Of a stretch of DNA of 58,534 nt, positions 47,210 to 56,067 are shown piece after piece; position 1 is the stretch's first letter; each line of letters starts with the position of its first letter. The notes beneath the pieces are model-generated. The model was not told the origin of the DNA and did not search any database. It worked only from the letters and a program-made list of their open reading frames with translations. The position numbers and the translations under genes were made by a program. The DNA lies in assembly GCA_964396145.1 (NCBI GenBank), contig CAYNEE010000003.1:1-58534 (forward strand). Reading direction: 5' to 3'. The stretch is from an uncultured Gammaproteobacteria bacterium. GTDB taxonomy: Bacteria > Patescibacteriota > Microgenomatia > UBA12405.

Positions 47210-47754
47210 TGAAACCCAAGGCCCCGATCATTTTTTTGTTGATTTTTAATTTCCTCGCAGTTATTTATCTTCTTTTACCTACCCCCAAACTCAAAGATTT
47301 GGACAGCAGTGTCCGTTCTCAAGAACCGGGTGATACTGTCCAAATGACGAACGTTACCGGTTATTACACTAATCTTTCTCGTCGTGAAGTTATCAATTTT
47401 TACCGTTCTTTCTACGCCGGCCCTTTGATGACTCGGCTAAATTACCCCCCTGAATACGCCAAAACTATTTTTAGAGACACCATGAAAAGTTATTACCTAG
47501 AAGAGTTTCACTTACCGTTTAAAGAATCTCTATTTATCAATGGTTTTGAATGGGCTGAAGATGTCTTCACTAAACCTGAAAAAAGAATTCAAAATAAACT
47601 TCTTTATGAGGATATTGAATACCGCTCTAAAATTAATACCAAAATTATTTCCACCTCAATTGCGGCCCGGTTTCTAGCTTTTTTTGCAACCGAAGCAGCT
47701 ATAATCTTTGTCATTTTTCTTTATAAAAAATTTTGGCGGCAGAGCTTTGCATGA
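47209..47754 (+). CDS. Hypothetical bitopic membrane protein (TM helices at the N- and C-termini)
   Basis: ORF of 181 aa joined by a TAATG junction upstream and an ATGA junction downstream. I recognise no motif. Confidence 0.4.
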   Translation: MKPKAPIIFLLIFNFLAVIYLLLPTPKLKDLDSSVRSQEPGDTVQMTNVTGYYTNLSRREVINFYRSFYAGPLMTRLNYPPEYAKTIFRDTMKSYYLEEFHLPFKESLFINGFEWAEDVFTKPEKRIQNKLLYEDIEYRSKINTKIISTSIAARFLAFFATEAAIIFVIFLYKKFWRQSFA

Positions 47755-48650
47755 ACAGTCCGCTTTTATCAATCATCATCGCCTCCTTCAACACTTCAAA
47801 GCTGACTCAGGATTGCCTTGATTCCATTCGTCTGGACAAAGGCCTTAAAGACATCCCCCACGAAATTATTGTCATTGACAACGGCTCTAGTGATGATTCG
47901 GTCAAAATGCTAAAAAAGCAAAAAAATATAAAACTTATATTAAACCATCAAAATAAAGGGTTTGCTCAAGCCAACAACCAAGGGATTAAAGCCGCGAAAG
48001 GCAATTATTTGCTCTTTCTCAACTCTGACACAATTATCCTTCACTCTGCTATCAGCCAAAGCCTAAACTGGCTCTCAGCCCATCCCGAAGCCCATGGCTG
48101 CACCGCTCAACTGCTAAACCCCGACAAAAGTATTCAACCTACCGGTGGCTACTTTCCTAACTTGCTAAATATTTTTACTTGGTCTCTGGGACTTGATGAT
48201 TTACCTCTCGTCAACAAAATTATCAAACCCTTTCATCCTCACCCGCCTTGGTTTTATACCCGGGATTCATTTTACAAATCCGATCATTCTCAGGACTGGC
48301 TCACCGGCGCCTTTTTTTTAGTCAGAGCCTCAATCGTCAATGAAACTCAGGGTTTTGATGAAAATTATTTTATGTACGGTGAAGAAATGGAATGGCAATA
48401 TCGGATGCATCTTAAACTTCCCGATTCCAAACTTTGGTATTTAGTCGGTCCTCAGATTATTCATCTGGGCGGAGCTTCAGCTCTTAAAAAAAGCGACCCC
48501 CTTTTAAACGAGTATAAGGGAGTTTTGGCTTTTTTTAAAAAACATCGTCCCCTTTGGCAGACTAAATTTGTTAAAAAGATATTACAACTTAATGCTCTTT
48601 TACGTGGTTTTGTTTCCCAAAACCATCGACAACTATGGTCAAAAATTTAA
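47751..48650 (+). CDS. GT2-family glycosyltransferase (WbbL-like subtype)
   Basis: ATG at 47751 in an ATGA overlap. Motifs LLSIIIASFNT, IIVIDNGSSDDS, NKGFAQANNQGI, FLNSDT and GEEMEWQYRM. Confidence 0.8.
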   Translation: MNSPLLSIIIASFNTSKLTQDCLDSIRLDKGLKDIPHEIIVIDNGSSDDSVKMLKKQKNIKLILNHQNKGFAQANNQGIKAAKGNYLLFLNSDTIILHSAISQSLNWLSAHPEAHGCTAQLLNPDKSIQPTGGYFPNLLNIFTWSLGLDDLPLVNKIIKPFHPHPPWFYTRDSFYKSDHSQDWLTGAFFLVRASIVNETQGFDENYFMYGEEMEWQYRMHLKLPDSKLWYLVGPQIIHLGGASALKKSDPLLNEYKGVLAFFKKHRPLWQTKFVKKILQLNALLRGFVSQNHRQLWSKI

Positions 48651-50017
48651 ATCCTTTTCGCGTCATCTTGGCAGTTTTAGTTGCCTTTATTCCCCTTTAT
48701 CCTAAATTTCCACTATTTAATGTAGAATCAACCTATGTTGCCATCCGTTTAGATGATATTGTCCTGGCTTTTTGTCTTTTGGTCTGGCTTATCTATCAGA
48801 TTAAACATCAGTTTCCTGTTTTTAAACAAAAAATTACTCCTCTTTTTATTGCCTATTTTATCGCTATCTCAATTAGCACACTTAATGCTTTACTGATCTT
48901 TAAAACCAATAGTAATCAACTCCTCTTACTCAATGCTTTTCGACGTTTTGAGTACATGTCAGTTTTTTTTATCACTCTAGAGGCAATCAAAAAACGTCGC
49001 GATTTTCTCTATGTTTACCTCTTTTTTATTTTTGCTATGTTTGGGGTAGCGGCCTATGGTTATGGTCAAAAATTTTTGCAATTTCCGGTCATCTCCACCA
49101 TGAATGAAGAATTCTCAAAAGGTCAGTTATTACAGATGAATATCTGGACCCGTATTAGCTCCACCTTTGCCGGTCACTACGACCTGGCCGCTTACCTGAG
49201 TATTACATTGGTCATTAGCCTGTTTCTTTTTATCATTATCAAAAATAAATGGCTCAAGCTTAGTTCCCTTCTTGTTTTTTTAGTTGGCTTTCATCTCTTG
49301 ACCTTAACTGCTTCCAGAATTTCTATCTTTGCTTTTTGGGGCAGTGCCATTCTTGGACTTATAATGCTTCGCAAATATTTGTGGGTTATTCCCGTTAGTC
49401 TTTTAGTCATTCTCAGTATTTTTAACTCAAACGACCTTAAGCAACGCCTTATTGCTACTATTCCCAATTTTAAATCCATGGTTAAACCCAGTCAGGCACC
49501 AGTCCAACCAACTCCAACTCTCCTAGCCACGCCGACTCCAGGAAAAACCAACCAAAAACCTATCAAAATCTCGCCAACCGTTTTTCGCAACCCCCCTGTT
49601 GAAGAATTTATTCCAATCGATTCCGACGTTGGCGTAGCTCGTTCCGGTGAAATCCGCTTTAATGTTGAGTGGCCCAGAGCCATAACCGCCTTTAGAAAAA
49701 ACCCAATAACCGGTACCGGTCTTGGTTCTATCACTATGGCCACAGACAATGATTATCTCCGGTTTTTGGGAGAAAGTGGCCTTTTTGGTCTAATTACTTT
49801 TATAGTGATTTTTATCTACTTTCTACTCAAAACCTGGCCCATCTTAAAAATCAAAAAACTAAATTTTTACCATCAACTCTCACTCGTCTTTTTTTCTGCC
49901 ATGGTCTGTATCTGGGCGAACGCTATTTTCATTGATGTTTTTGAAGCTTCAAAAGTAGCTTATACTATATGGATCATCATGGGACTTTATTATAAAAATT
50001 TGGAAATGAAATCATGA
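48635..50017 (+). CDS. O-antigen ligase/polymerase family (Wzy_C/WaaL-like) membrane protein
   Basis: About 10 TM segments. TLTASRISIFAFWGS, a large loop, GTGLGS and NDYLRFLGESGLFGL resemble the WaaL family motif (H)NxYLxxLxExGxxG. Confidence 0.6.
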   Translation: MVKNLNPFRVILAVLVAFIPLYPKFPLFNVESTYVAIRLDDIVLAFCLLVWLIYQIKHQFPVFKQKITPLFIAYFIAISISTLNALLIFKTNSNQLLLLNAFRRFEYMSVFFITLEAIKKRRDFLYVYLFFIFAMFGVAAYGYGQKFLQFPVISTMNEEFSKGQLLQMNIWTRISSTFAGHYDLAAYLSITLVISLFLFIIIKNKWLKLSSLLVFLVGFHLLTLTASRISIFAFWGSAILGLIMLRKYLWVIPVSLLVILSIFNSNDLKQRLIATIPNFKSMVKPSQAPVQPTPTLLATPTPGKTNQKPIKISPTVFRNPPVEEFIPIDSDVGVARSGEIRFNVEWPRAITAFRKNPITGTGLGSITMATDNDYLRFLGESGLFGLITFIVIFIYFLLKTWPILKIKKLNFYHQLSLVFFSAMVCIWANAIFIDVFEASKVAYTIWIIMGLYYKNLEMKS

Positions 50018-51243
50018 CCACTAACAAAAAACGTAAAATTCTAATGATTACTCCTTACATTCCTCGTTTATCTCAGTCAGGTGGTCAGAGATCTTCTTAT
50101 TACTCCATTAAATACCTAGCTCCAAAAAACGATATTACCCTTATTTGTTTTAGCCGGGACGAAGAGGGCGTAAAAGATGTTCGCCAGTACTGCCGCAAAG
50201 TAATCGTTGTCAAACGCGGTAAAACCTGGGATCTTAAAAAAATTTTCTCGGCCGCTATTAGTCCCTATCCTTTTTTAGTTATCAACTATATTTCGGACGA
50301 CTTTAAAAAGGCCATTCAAAGAGAACTAGATAGAGAAAAATTTGATCTCATTCATTGTGATTGTTTTTACCCTATGCCTAACATTCCTAAAACCGATATC
50401 CCGGTTGTCCTGGTGGATCTGACCATCGAATACGCCGTTTATGATCACTACGTCAAAAGTCTTACTGGCTTCAAAAAACTTTTAACCCCAATTCTCTCCA
50501 TAGACGTTAAAAAAATGAAACACTGGGAAACCTATTACTGGAAAACTACCCACACTGTTGTTGCCTTTGGACTGGAAGATCAAAAGATAATCACTGAAAC
50601 CACCGGCCGCAAAGATATCCAGTACTTTGAGAATGGAGTCGACCAAAAGTATATTGACGCCCCTCTAAAAACTCCCAAATCCCAAGAACCAACCATCCTT
50701 TTTGGAGTCTCTAATATGAAATGGATGCAAAACCGCGAATCCGTCGAGTTGATTATGAGTCACTACTGGCACAAAATTAAAAAAGCGGTACCTAATTGTA
50801 AGCTCTATATTGTCGGCCGCTTCGCTCCTGAATTTTTTGGTAAATATGCTTCTAAAGATGTCATCGTCACTGAAGCTGATTTCGACGGTCAACCCAAAGA
50901 CCCCCAATACTACTACCAGTACTGTTGGTTACTTCTAGCCCCGATGGGTAGCGGTGGCGGTACTAGAAACAAATTTTTGGAAGGCATGACCTTTGGCTTA
51001 CCGGTAATTACTACACCTGAAGGCGGTATGGGTAGTATCAAATTCAAAAACTTTCGCGATGCCATCGTCACTCCCGGCAAAGACATTCTTAAAAACGTTA
51101 TTAAATTGATAAATGATAAAAAATACCGCCAAACCATCGGTAACAATGGTCGTAAACTGATTGTCAATAATTACTCCTTTGCCAAATGCGTTGAAGGTCT
51201 CAATCAAATCTATGAAGACATCACCCAAAAACAAAAAAGTTGA
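50014..51243 (+). CDS. GT4/GT-B-fold glycosyltransferase
   Basis: N-terminal ILMITPYIPRLSQSGGQRSSY, C-terminal GSGGGTRNKFLEGMTFGLPVITTPEG. Confidence 0.7.
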   Translation: MTTNKKRKILMITPYIPRLSQSGGQRSSYYSIKYLAPKNDITLICFSRDEEGVKDVRQYCRKVIVVKRGKTWDLKKIFSAAISPYPFLVINYISDDFKKAIQRELDREKFDLIHCDCFYPMPNIPKTDIPVVLVDLTIEYAVYDHYVKSLTGFKKLLTPILSIDVKKMKHWETYYWKTTHTVVAFGLEDQKIITETTGRKDIQYFENGVDQKYIDAPLKTPKSQEPTILFGVSNMKWMQNRESVELIMSHYWHKIKKAVPNCKLYIVGRFAPEFFGKYASKDVIVTEADFDGQPKDPQYYYQYCWLLLAPMGSGGGTRNKFLEGMTFGLPVITTPEGGMGSIKFKNFRDAIVTPGKDILKNVIKLINDKKYRQTIGNNGRKLIVNNYSFAKCVEGLNQIYEDITQKQKS

Positions 51244-52171
51244 TCTTTCGGTGATTATCGTTAATTACAATACCGGCGACTACCTTTTAAAGTGTCTTAA
51301 AAGCCTTAAAAAATCTATTTTAGGTAAATATCATGTTGAAGTCATTATTGCCGACAATAATTCAAGCGATAACAGCTTTGTTTTGGCCAAAAGTATTAAA
51401 ACCAGTCAAAAAATTAACTTTATTTTTAAAAAACTTTCCAAAAATTTCGGTTTTTCTAAGGGCAACAATCTAGCCCTCAAACTGAGCCACCCTAATTCCA
51501 AATATGTACTTTTTCTCAACCCTGACACCACCCTTGATCCAAAAACCTTGTTCAAGATGATTAATTTTTTTAAAACTCATCCCAAAGTCGATGCTGCTAC
51601 CGCCAATCTAATTCTGGTCAAAAGCGGTAAAACCCAACCTGAGTCTCATCGTGGCTTTCCTGGTCCTTGGAATGCTTTTTGTCATTTTTTTACCCCCTTT
51701 CTCCCTAAGTTTTTCCCTAAAAGTCACCTTTTCAACGGCTACTTTTTAGGTCACCTTGATTTTTCTAAAATTCAAAAAATTGAGGCCTGTGTTGGCGCCT
51801 TTCTTATGATCAAAAGAGAAGTTGGGAAAACTATTGGCTGGTGGAATGAAAAATATTTTTTCTACGGCGAAGATCTTGACCTCTGTTGGCAGCTAAAAAA
51901 ACACGGATTTAATCTTTATTTCTATCCTCACGCCAAAGCCTATCATTATCAGGGTATTTCTTCAGGTCTTATCGATCATACTCAAACAATCACTCAAGCA
52001 AAAATTAATACCAAGGTCGTCGCCGCCAAGGCCAGTACCGAAGCTATGCGGATTTTTTACCGGGAAAACCTCATTGACCGCTACCCTCAATTTTTCCAAC
52101 CTCTAATCTGGACCGGCATAGATTTTCTTGAAAAATACCGTATTCACAAGGCCAAAAAACATGAAAGCTAA
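51212..52171 (+). CDS. GT2-family glycosyltransferase (WbbL-like subtype)
   Basis: ATG at 51212 (MKTSPKNKKVDLSVIIVNYNT). Motifs IIADNNSSDNS, NFGFSKGNNLAL, FLNPDT and GEDLDLCWQLKKHGF. Confidence 0.8.
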   Translation: MKTSPKNKKVDLSVIIVNYNTGDYLLKCLKSLKKSILGKYHVEVIIADNNSSDNSFVLAKSIKTSQKINFIFKKLSKNFGFSKGNNLALKLSHPNSKYVLFLNPDTTLDPKTLFKMINFFKTHPKVDAATANLILVKSGKTQPESHRGFPGPWNAFCHFFTPFLPKFFPKSHLFNGYFLGHLDFSKIQKIEACVGAFLMIKREVGKTIGWWNEKYFFYGEDLDLCWQLKKHGFNLYFYPHAKAYHYQGISSGLIDHTQTITQAKINTKVVAAKASTEAMRIFYRENLIDRYPQFFQPLIWTGIDFLEKYRIHKAKKHES

Positions 52172-53294
52172 AAAACATATCGTCATTGATGCCCGTCTCT
52201 ATGGCCCAAAGCACACAGGTCTCGGTCGTTACACTAAAAACCTTTTAGTTGCCCTTAAAAAACAGCCGGATTTTGACACCTTTCATTACACCCTCCTTGT
52301 CTATCCTGAATTAGAAAAGGAAGTTAAAGATGACCTTGGGGATTCTTTTGATTATTTTGTCACTAATGTTCGTCACTATACTCTCAAGGAGCAATTTATA
52401 CTGCCAATTCTCCTTCATCGTCTCCGGCCTGACTTGGTCCACTTTACTCATCTGGATAAACCTATTTTTTATTTTAAAAAATCACTGGTCACTGTCCATG
52501 ATTTAATCCGCCACTTCTCCAAAGGTAAAGAAACTACCACTAGAAATCCATTTCTTTATTGGCCGAAATACTGGGGATATCTTCTTATGACCCGAATAAT
52601 TCTTTTAAACAGTTTTGTCATTGTTCCCAGTGACTTTTGGCGTCAGTATATTATCAAACACTACCGCTTTCCCCCTGAAAAAATTATTGTCACTCACGAA
52701 GCTGTCGATCCAGTGTTTATAAAAAATTTTTCTAAAAAAACTAAGGATAGTAAATTGAAGATTGAAGATTATATTCTGTATACTGGCAATCTTTATCCTC
52801 ATAAAAATGTTCAGGTAATTTTTGAAGCCCTTAAAAGCCTTCCTAAAATAAAACTCAAAATTATCTGTGCCCGCTCAGTCTTTACTGACAAAATTTATGC
52901 CAAAATCAGACAAAGCGGCCTAGGTAAACAAGTCGACTTTTTAGGCTATGTTCCTGACTCCGAATTTACCTCACTCTATCAACATGCCCTTGCCTTGGTT
53001 CATCCGGCACTGCTTGAAGGTTTCAGTCTTACGGGCTTAGAAGCTATGGCTCTGAATTGCCCGGTTATTGCTGCTAGAGCTAGCTGTTTACCGGAAATTT
53101 ATCAAGATGCCGCCCTCTTTTTTGATCCCCATGACCCAAACGACCTAGTCGAAAAAATTAAACTACTCATAGATTCTCCTGATCTTCGGGATAAACTAAT
53201 TAAAACCGGACAAGAACATTTTAAAAAATACAATTGGTTATCCACCGCCCGGCAAAGCTTGGATTTTTATAATCGTATTACTCATGTCTCTTAA
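52161..53294 (+). CDS. GT4-family glycosyltransferase
   Basis: ATG at 52161 (MKAKKHIVIDARLYG). Motif EGFSLTGLEAMALNCPVIAARASCLPEI. Confidence 0.8.
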   Translation: MKAKKHIVIDARLYGPKHTGLGRYTKNLLVALKKQPDFDTFHYTLLVYPELEKEVKDDLGDSFDYFVTNVRHYTLKEQFILPILLHRLRPDLVHFTHLDKPIFYFKKSLVTVHDLIRHFSKGKETTTRNPFLYWPKYWGYLLMTRIILLNSFVIVPSDFWRQYIIKHYRFPPEKIIVTHEAVDPVFIKNFSKKTKDSKLKIEDYILYTGNLYPHKNVQVIFEALKSLPKIKLKIICARSVFTDKIYAKIRQSGLGKQVDFLGYVPDSEFTSLYQHALALVHPALLEGFSLTGLEAMALNCPVIAARASCLPEIYQDAALFFDPHDPNDLVEKIKLLIDSPDLRDKLIKTGQEHFKKYNWLSTARQSLDFYNRITHVS

Positions 53295-54330
53295 AGTTGC
53301 TATTTACTACGATTGGTTAAACCAATGGGGCGGAGCCGAAAGAGTCCTTCTAGACATTCTTAAACTTTATCCCCAAGCCGACCTTTATACTCTCGACTAC
53401 AGTCCCCAAAAAACTCCCTGGCTACCAAAAACTCATCGGGTTTTTTCCCTTAATCTTAAAAACAAGCTAGTTTATACTCCTTTTTATAGTTATCGCCTGG
53501 AACAAATTGACTTTTCCAACTACGACCTATTAATTTCCACCACTTCCCATGTCGGCCATTCTTTTCTAACTCTGCCCAAAACCTTCTATCTCTGCTATTT
53601 TCACAACATCAACCGCTATCTCTACCAACTTCCACCTCCCATTCTTAAAAAAGTTCTTAAGCTTTATCAAAAAACCGATTTTATTTATGCTCAGCGCCCT
53701 GATGCTATTTTTTGCAATTCCAAAACAGTAGCAAACCGCATTCAAAAAAACTACCATAGACAAGCCAGAGTGATTTATCCCGGCATTGATACAGACAAAT
53801 TTATCCCTGGACTCAAAAAATCCCAAAATTATTTTCTTTTAGTTTCCCGTCTGGTCAAACATAAAAAAATTGATATCGCTATTAAAGCTTTTAAAAAATT
53901 AAACTACCCTCTAAAAATAGTTGGTTCCGGCCGTGACCAGAAGTATTTTGAAAAGCTTGCTGACAATCATCCTCACATTCAATTTTTAGGCCCGGTTCCC
54001 GAGTCAAAACTTATTAATCTTTATCAAAACAGTCAGGGCTTAATCCACCCGCAGTTTGAAGATTTTGGCCTAACCGCACTTGAGTCCATGGCCTGTGGCA
54101 GGGGAGTCATCGCCTACAATCGTGGCGGGGCTACCGAAACTATAATTAACGGTAAAACAGGAATTTTATTTAATCATCAACACCCAGATTCTCTTGTCCT
54201 GGCAATCAAAAAATACCTAAAAAAAATACCTCTAAGTTCTGATTGTCGCCGCCAAGCTCTGAGATTTAGTCAAAAGAACTTTATGTTACACTTTAGACAA
54301 GAGCTCAACTCTCTATGCACTACATTGTAA
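53284..54330 (+). CDS. GT4-family glycosyltransferase
   Basis: VAIYYDWLNQWGGAERVLLDI at the N-terminus and EDFGLTALESMACGRGVIAYNRGGATE. Confidence 0.8.
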   Translation: MSLKVAIYYDWLNQWGGAERVLLDILKLYPQADLYTLDYSPQKTPWLPKTHRVFSLNLKNKLVYTPFYSYRLEQIDFSNYDLLISTTSHVGHSFLTLPKTFYLCYFHNINRYLYQLPPPILKKVLKLYQKTDFIYAQRPDAIFCNSKTVANRIQKNYHRQARVIYPGIDTDKFIPGLKKSQNYFLLVSRLVKHKKIDIAIKAFKKLNYPLKIVGSGRDQKYFEKLADNHPHIQFLGPVPESKLINLYQNSQGLIHPQFEDFGLTALESMACGRGVIAYNRGGATETIINGKTGILFNHQHPDSLVLAIKKYLKKIPLSSDCRRQALRFSQKNFMLHFRQELNSLCTTL

Positions 54331-55388
54331 TCCTCTCCGGAGGCACCGGACCTAGACTCTGGCCACTTTCTCGGGTCGAAAAGCCCAAACAATTCCTGAC
54401 TCTCTTTTCTAAAAATTCCCTCTTAAAAGAAACTGTCCTTCGCGCCAAAAAACTTGTCCCTCTCAAAAATATTTTTATTGTCACCAACTACAAATACACA
54501 AGTCTTATTAAAAAAGACCTTGGCACCTCTTTCCCCTCTGCCAATATTCTCTCCGAACCACAAAAAAAGAATACGGCCATGGCCCTCATCTACGCCTCGG
54601 CAGTTATTTCCCGCAAAGACCCCGATGCCGTTATCACTAGTTTCCCTTCTGACCACTATATCGGCCGTCTTGACAAATTCATTAAAAATATTAATCAGGG
54701 TGTTAATACTAGTTTAACCAATAAAATTGTCGTCTACGGCATTAAGCCCGACTCTCCCAACCCTGCCTACGGTTATATCGTCACTGACGATAAACTAAAA
54801 GTTAAAAAATTCATCGAAAAACCTAGCATTTCTATTGCCCAGGATATTATTAATCGAGGTCACGCTTTTTGGAATAGTGGTATTTATACCTTTAAAGTTT
54901 CACATCTATTAAGTGAATTTAAAAAACACCAACCCGAATATTTACCTCTATATGACCAAATTTATAATCAGCCCACAAAAAGCAAAATTATCCAGAAAAT
55001 TTACAGTCTTGCCCCAGCATTGGCCCTGGATGTAGCTATTTCTGAAAAATCAAAAAATCTTCATCTCATCCCAGCCACCTTTACTTGGAGCGACATTGGG
55101 GAGTGGTCGGCTATTCACCGTCAAATTGCCGGTAAAAAAACTCAAGTAGCCACTTTAACCACCACCCAAAAACTAGTCGAAATTAACTCCAAAAATTGTC
55201 TAGTCCATTCTTCACCTAAAAAAATTATCGGTTTAGTCAATGTTGAAGATGTCGCTGTCATCGATACTCCAGATGCACTTTTAGTTTGCAATTTAAAAAA
55301 CAGTGGCTCCTACCAGGTCAAAGATCTCATTACTAAATTGGTTTCTAACCCTAAATTAAAATCTTTTTTTACCGGTAAGCATGACTAG
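54315..55388 (+). CDS. manC: Mannose-1-phosphate guanylyltransferase-like sugar nucleotidyltransferase (no C-terminal isomerase domain)
   Basis: VILSGGTGPRLWPLSRVEKPKQFL, EPQKKNTAMAL, FPSDHYI and WSDIGEW. Confidence 0.75.
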   Translation: MHYIVILSGGTGPRLWPLSRVEKPKQFLTLFSKNSLLKETVLRAKKLVPLKNIFIVTNYKYTSLIKKDLGTSFPSANILSEPQKKNTAMALIYASAVISRKDPDAVITSFPSDHYIGRLDKFIKNINQGVNTSLTNKIVVYGIKPDSPNPAYGYIVTDDKLKVKKFIEKPSISIAQDIINRGHAFWNSGIYTFKVSHLLSEFKKHQPEYLPLYDQIYNQPTKSKIIQKIYSLAPALALDVAISEKSKNLHLIPATFTWSDIGEWSAIHRQIAGKKTQVATLTTTQKLVEINSKNCLVHSSPKKIIGLVNVEDVAVIDTPDALLVCNLKNSGSYQVKDLITKLVSNPKLKSFFTGKHD

Positions 55389-56046
55389 TAGAAATATCCC
55401 TTTTTATGCCCTAAGGTCAGCTCTTTTTGACCCCATCAAACGGATAATAGACATTATCAGCTCTGTAATTTTAATAATTATTTTTTCTCCAGTTTTACTG
55501 ATAACTGCCATTATTATCAAACTCACCTCTCCGGGGCCGATAATTTTCAAGCAAAAACGCGTTGGTCAAAACCGAGAGTTTCAAATGTTTAAATTTCGTT
55601 CCATGAGAGTAGGGGACAACGATAAATTTTTAAAAGAAAATTATCCCGAACTTTGGAAAAAATATAAAGCCAATGACTGGAAACTTTCAGCCAAAGAAGA
55701 TCCTCGAATTACTCCCATCGGTCGTTTTATCCGCTCTACTTCTATTGACGAAATGCCTCAATTTTTAAATGTTCTTATGGGAGAAATGAGTCTGGTCGGC
55801 CCCCGGGCCTATCGTGACGAAGAGCTTAAAGAATATTCCCATAAATACCCTAAAACCAAAGCCTACATTGCCGATATCCGTTCCGTTAAGCCTGGTATTA
55901 CCGGCCCATGGCAAGTCTCAGGCCGAAACGAACTCCCCTTTGAAAAACGGGCCAAAATGGACTCTGATTACATCAAAAATCGATCACTTAGAGAGGAAAT
56001 CTATATTATCTTCAAAACTCCCTTCGCCATGTTTTCTAACTGGTAA
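55381..56046 (+). CDS. Small monotopic polyprenyl-phosphate phosphoglycosyltransferase (PglC/WbaP C-terminal 'bacterial sugar transferase' type); initiating enzyme
   Basis: KRIIDIISSVILIIIFSPVLLI (re-entrant helix), SPGPIIFKQKRVGQNREFQMFKFRSM and DEMPQFLNVLMGEMSLVGPRA. Confidence 0.9.
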   Translation: MTSRNIPFYALRSALFDPIKRIIDIISSVILIIIFSPVLLITAIIIKLTSPGPIIFKQKRVGQNREFQMFKFRSMRVGDNDKFLKENYPELWKKYKANDWKLSAKEDPRITPIGRFIRSTSIDEMPQFLNVLMGEMSLVGPRAYRDEELKEYSHKYPKTKAYIADIRSVKPGITGPWQVSGRNELPFEKRAKMDSDYIKNRSLREEIYIIFKTPFAMFSNW

Positions 56047-56067
56047 CATCCGTGCTAGAATTAAAAC

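Noticed and set aside
49484-49600. The Pro/Thr-rich stretch inside the WaaL-like gene, considered as a possible separate small secreted peptide or a frameshift artefact.
   Set aside because: The reading frame is continuous through it, with family-like sequence on both sides. The antisense ORF 49492-49749 is an off-frame shadow. I treat the stretch as a loop insert and report it under findings.
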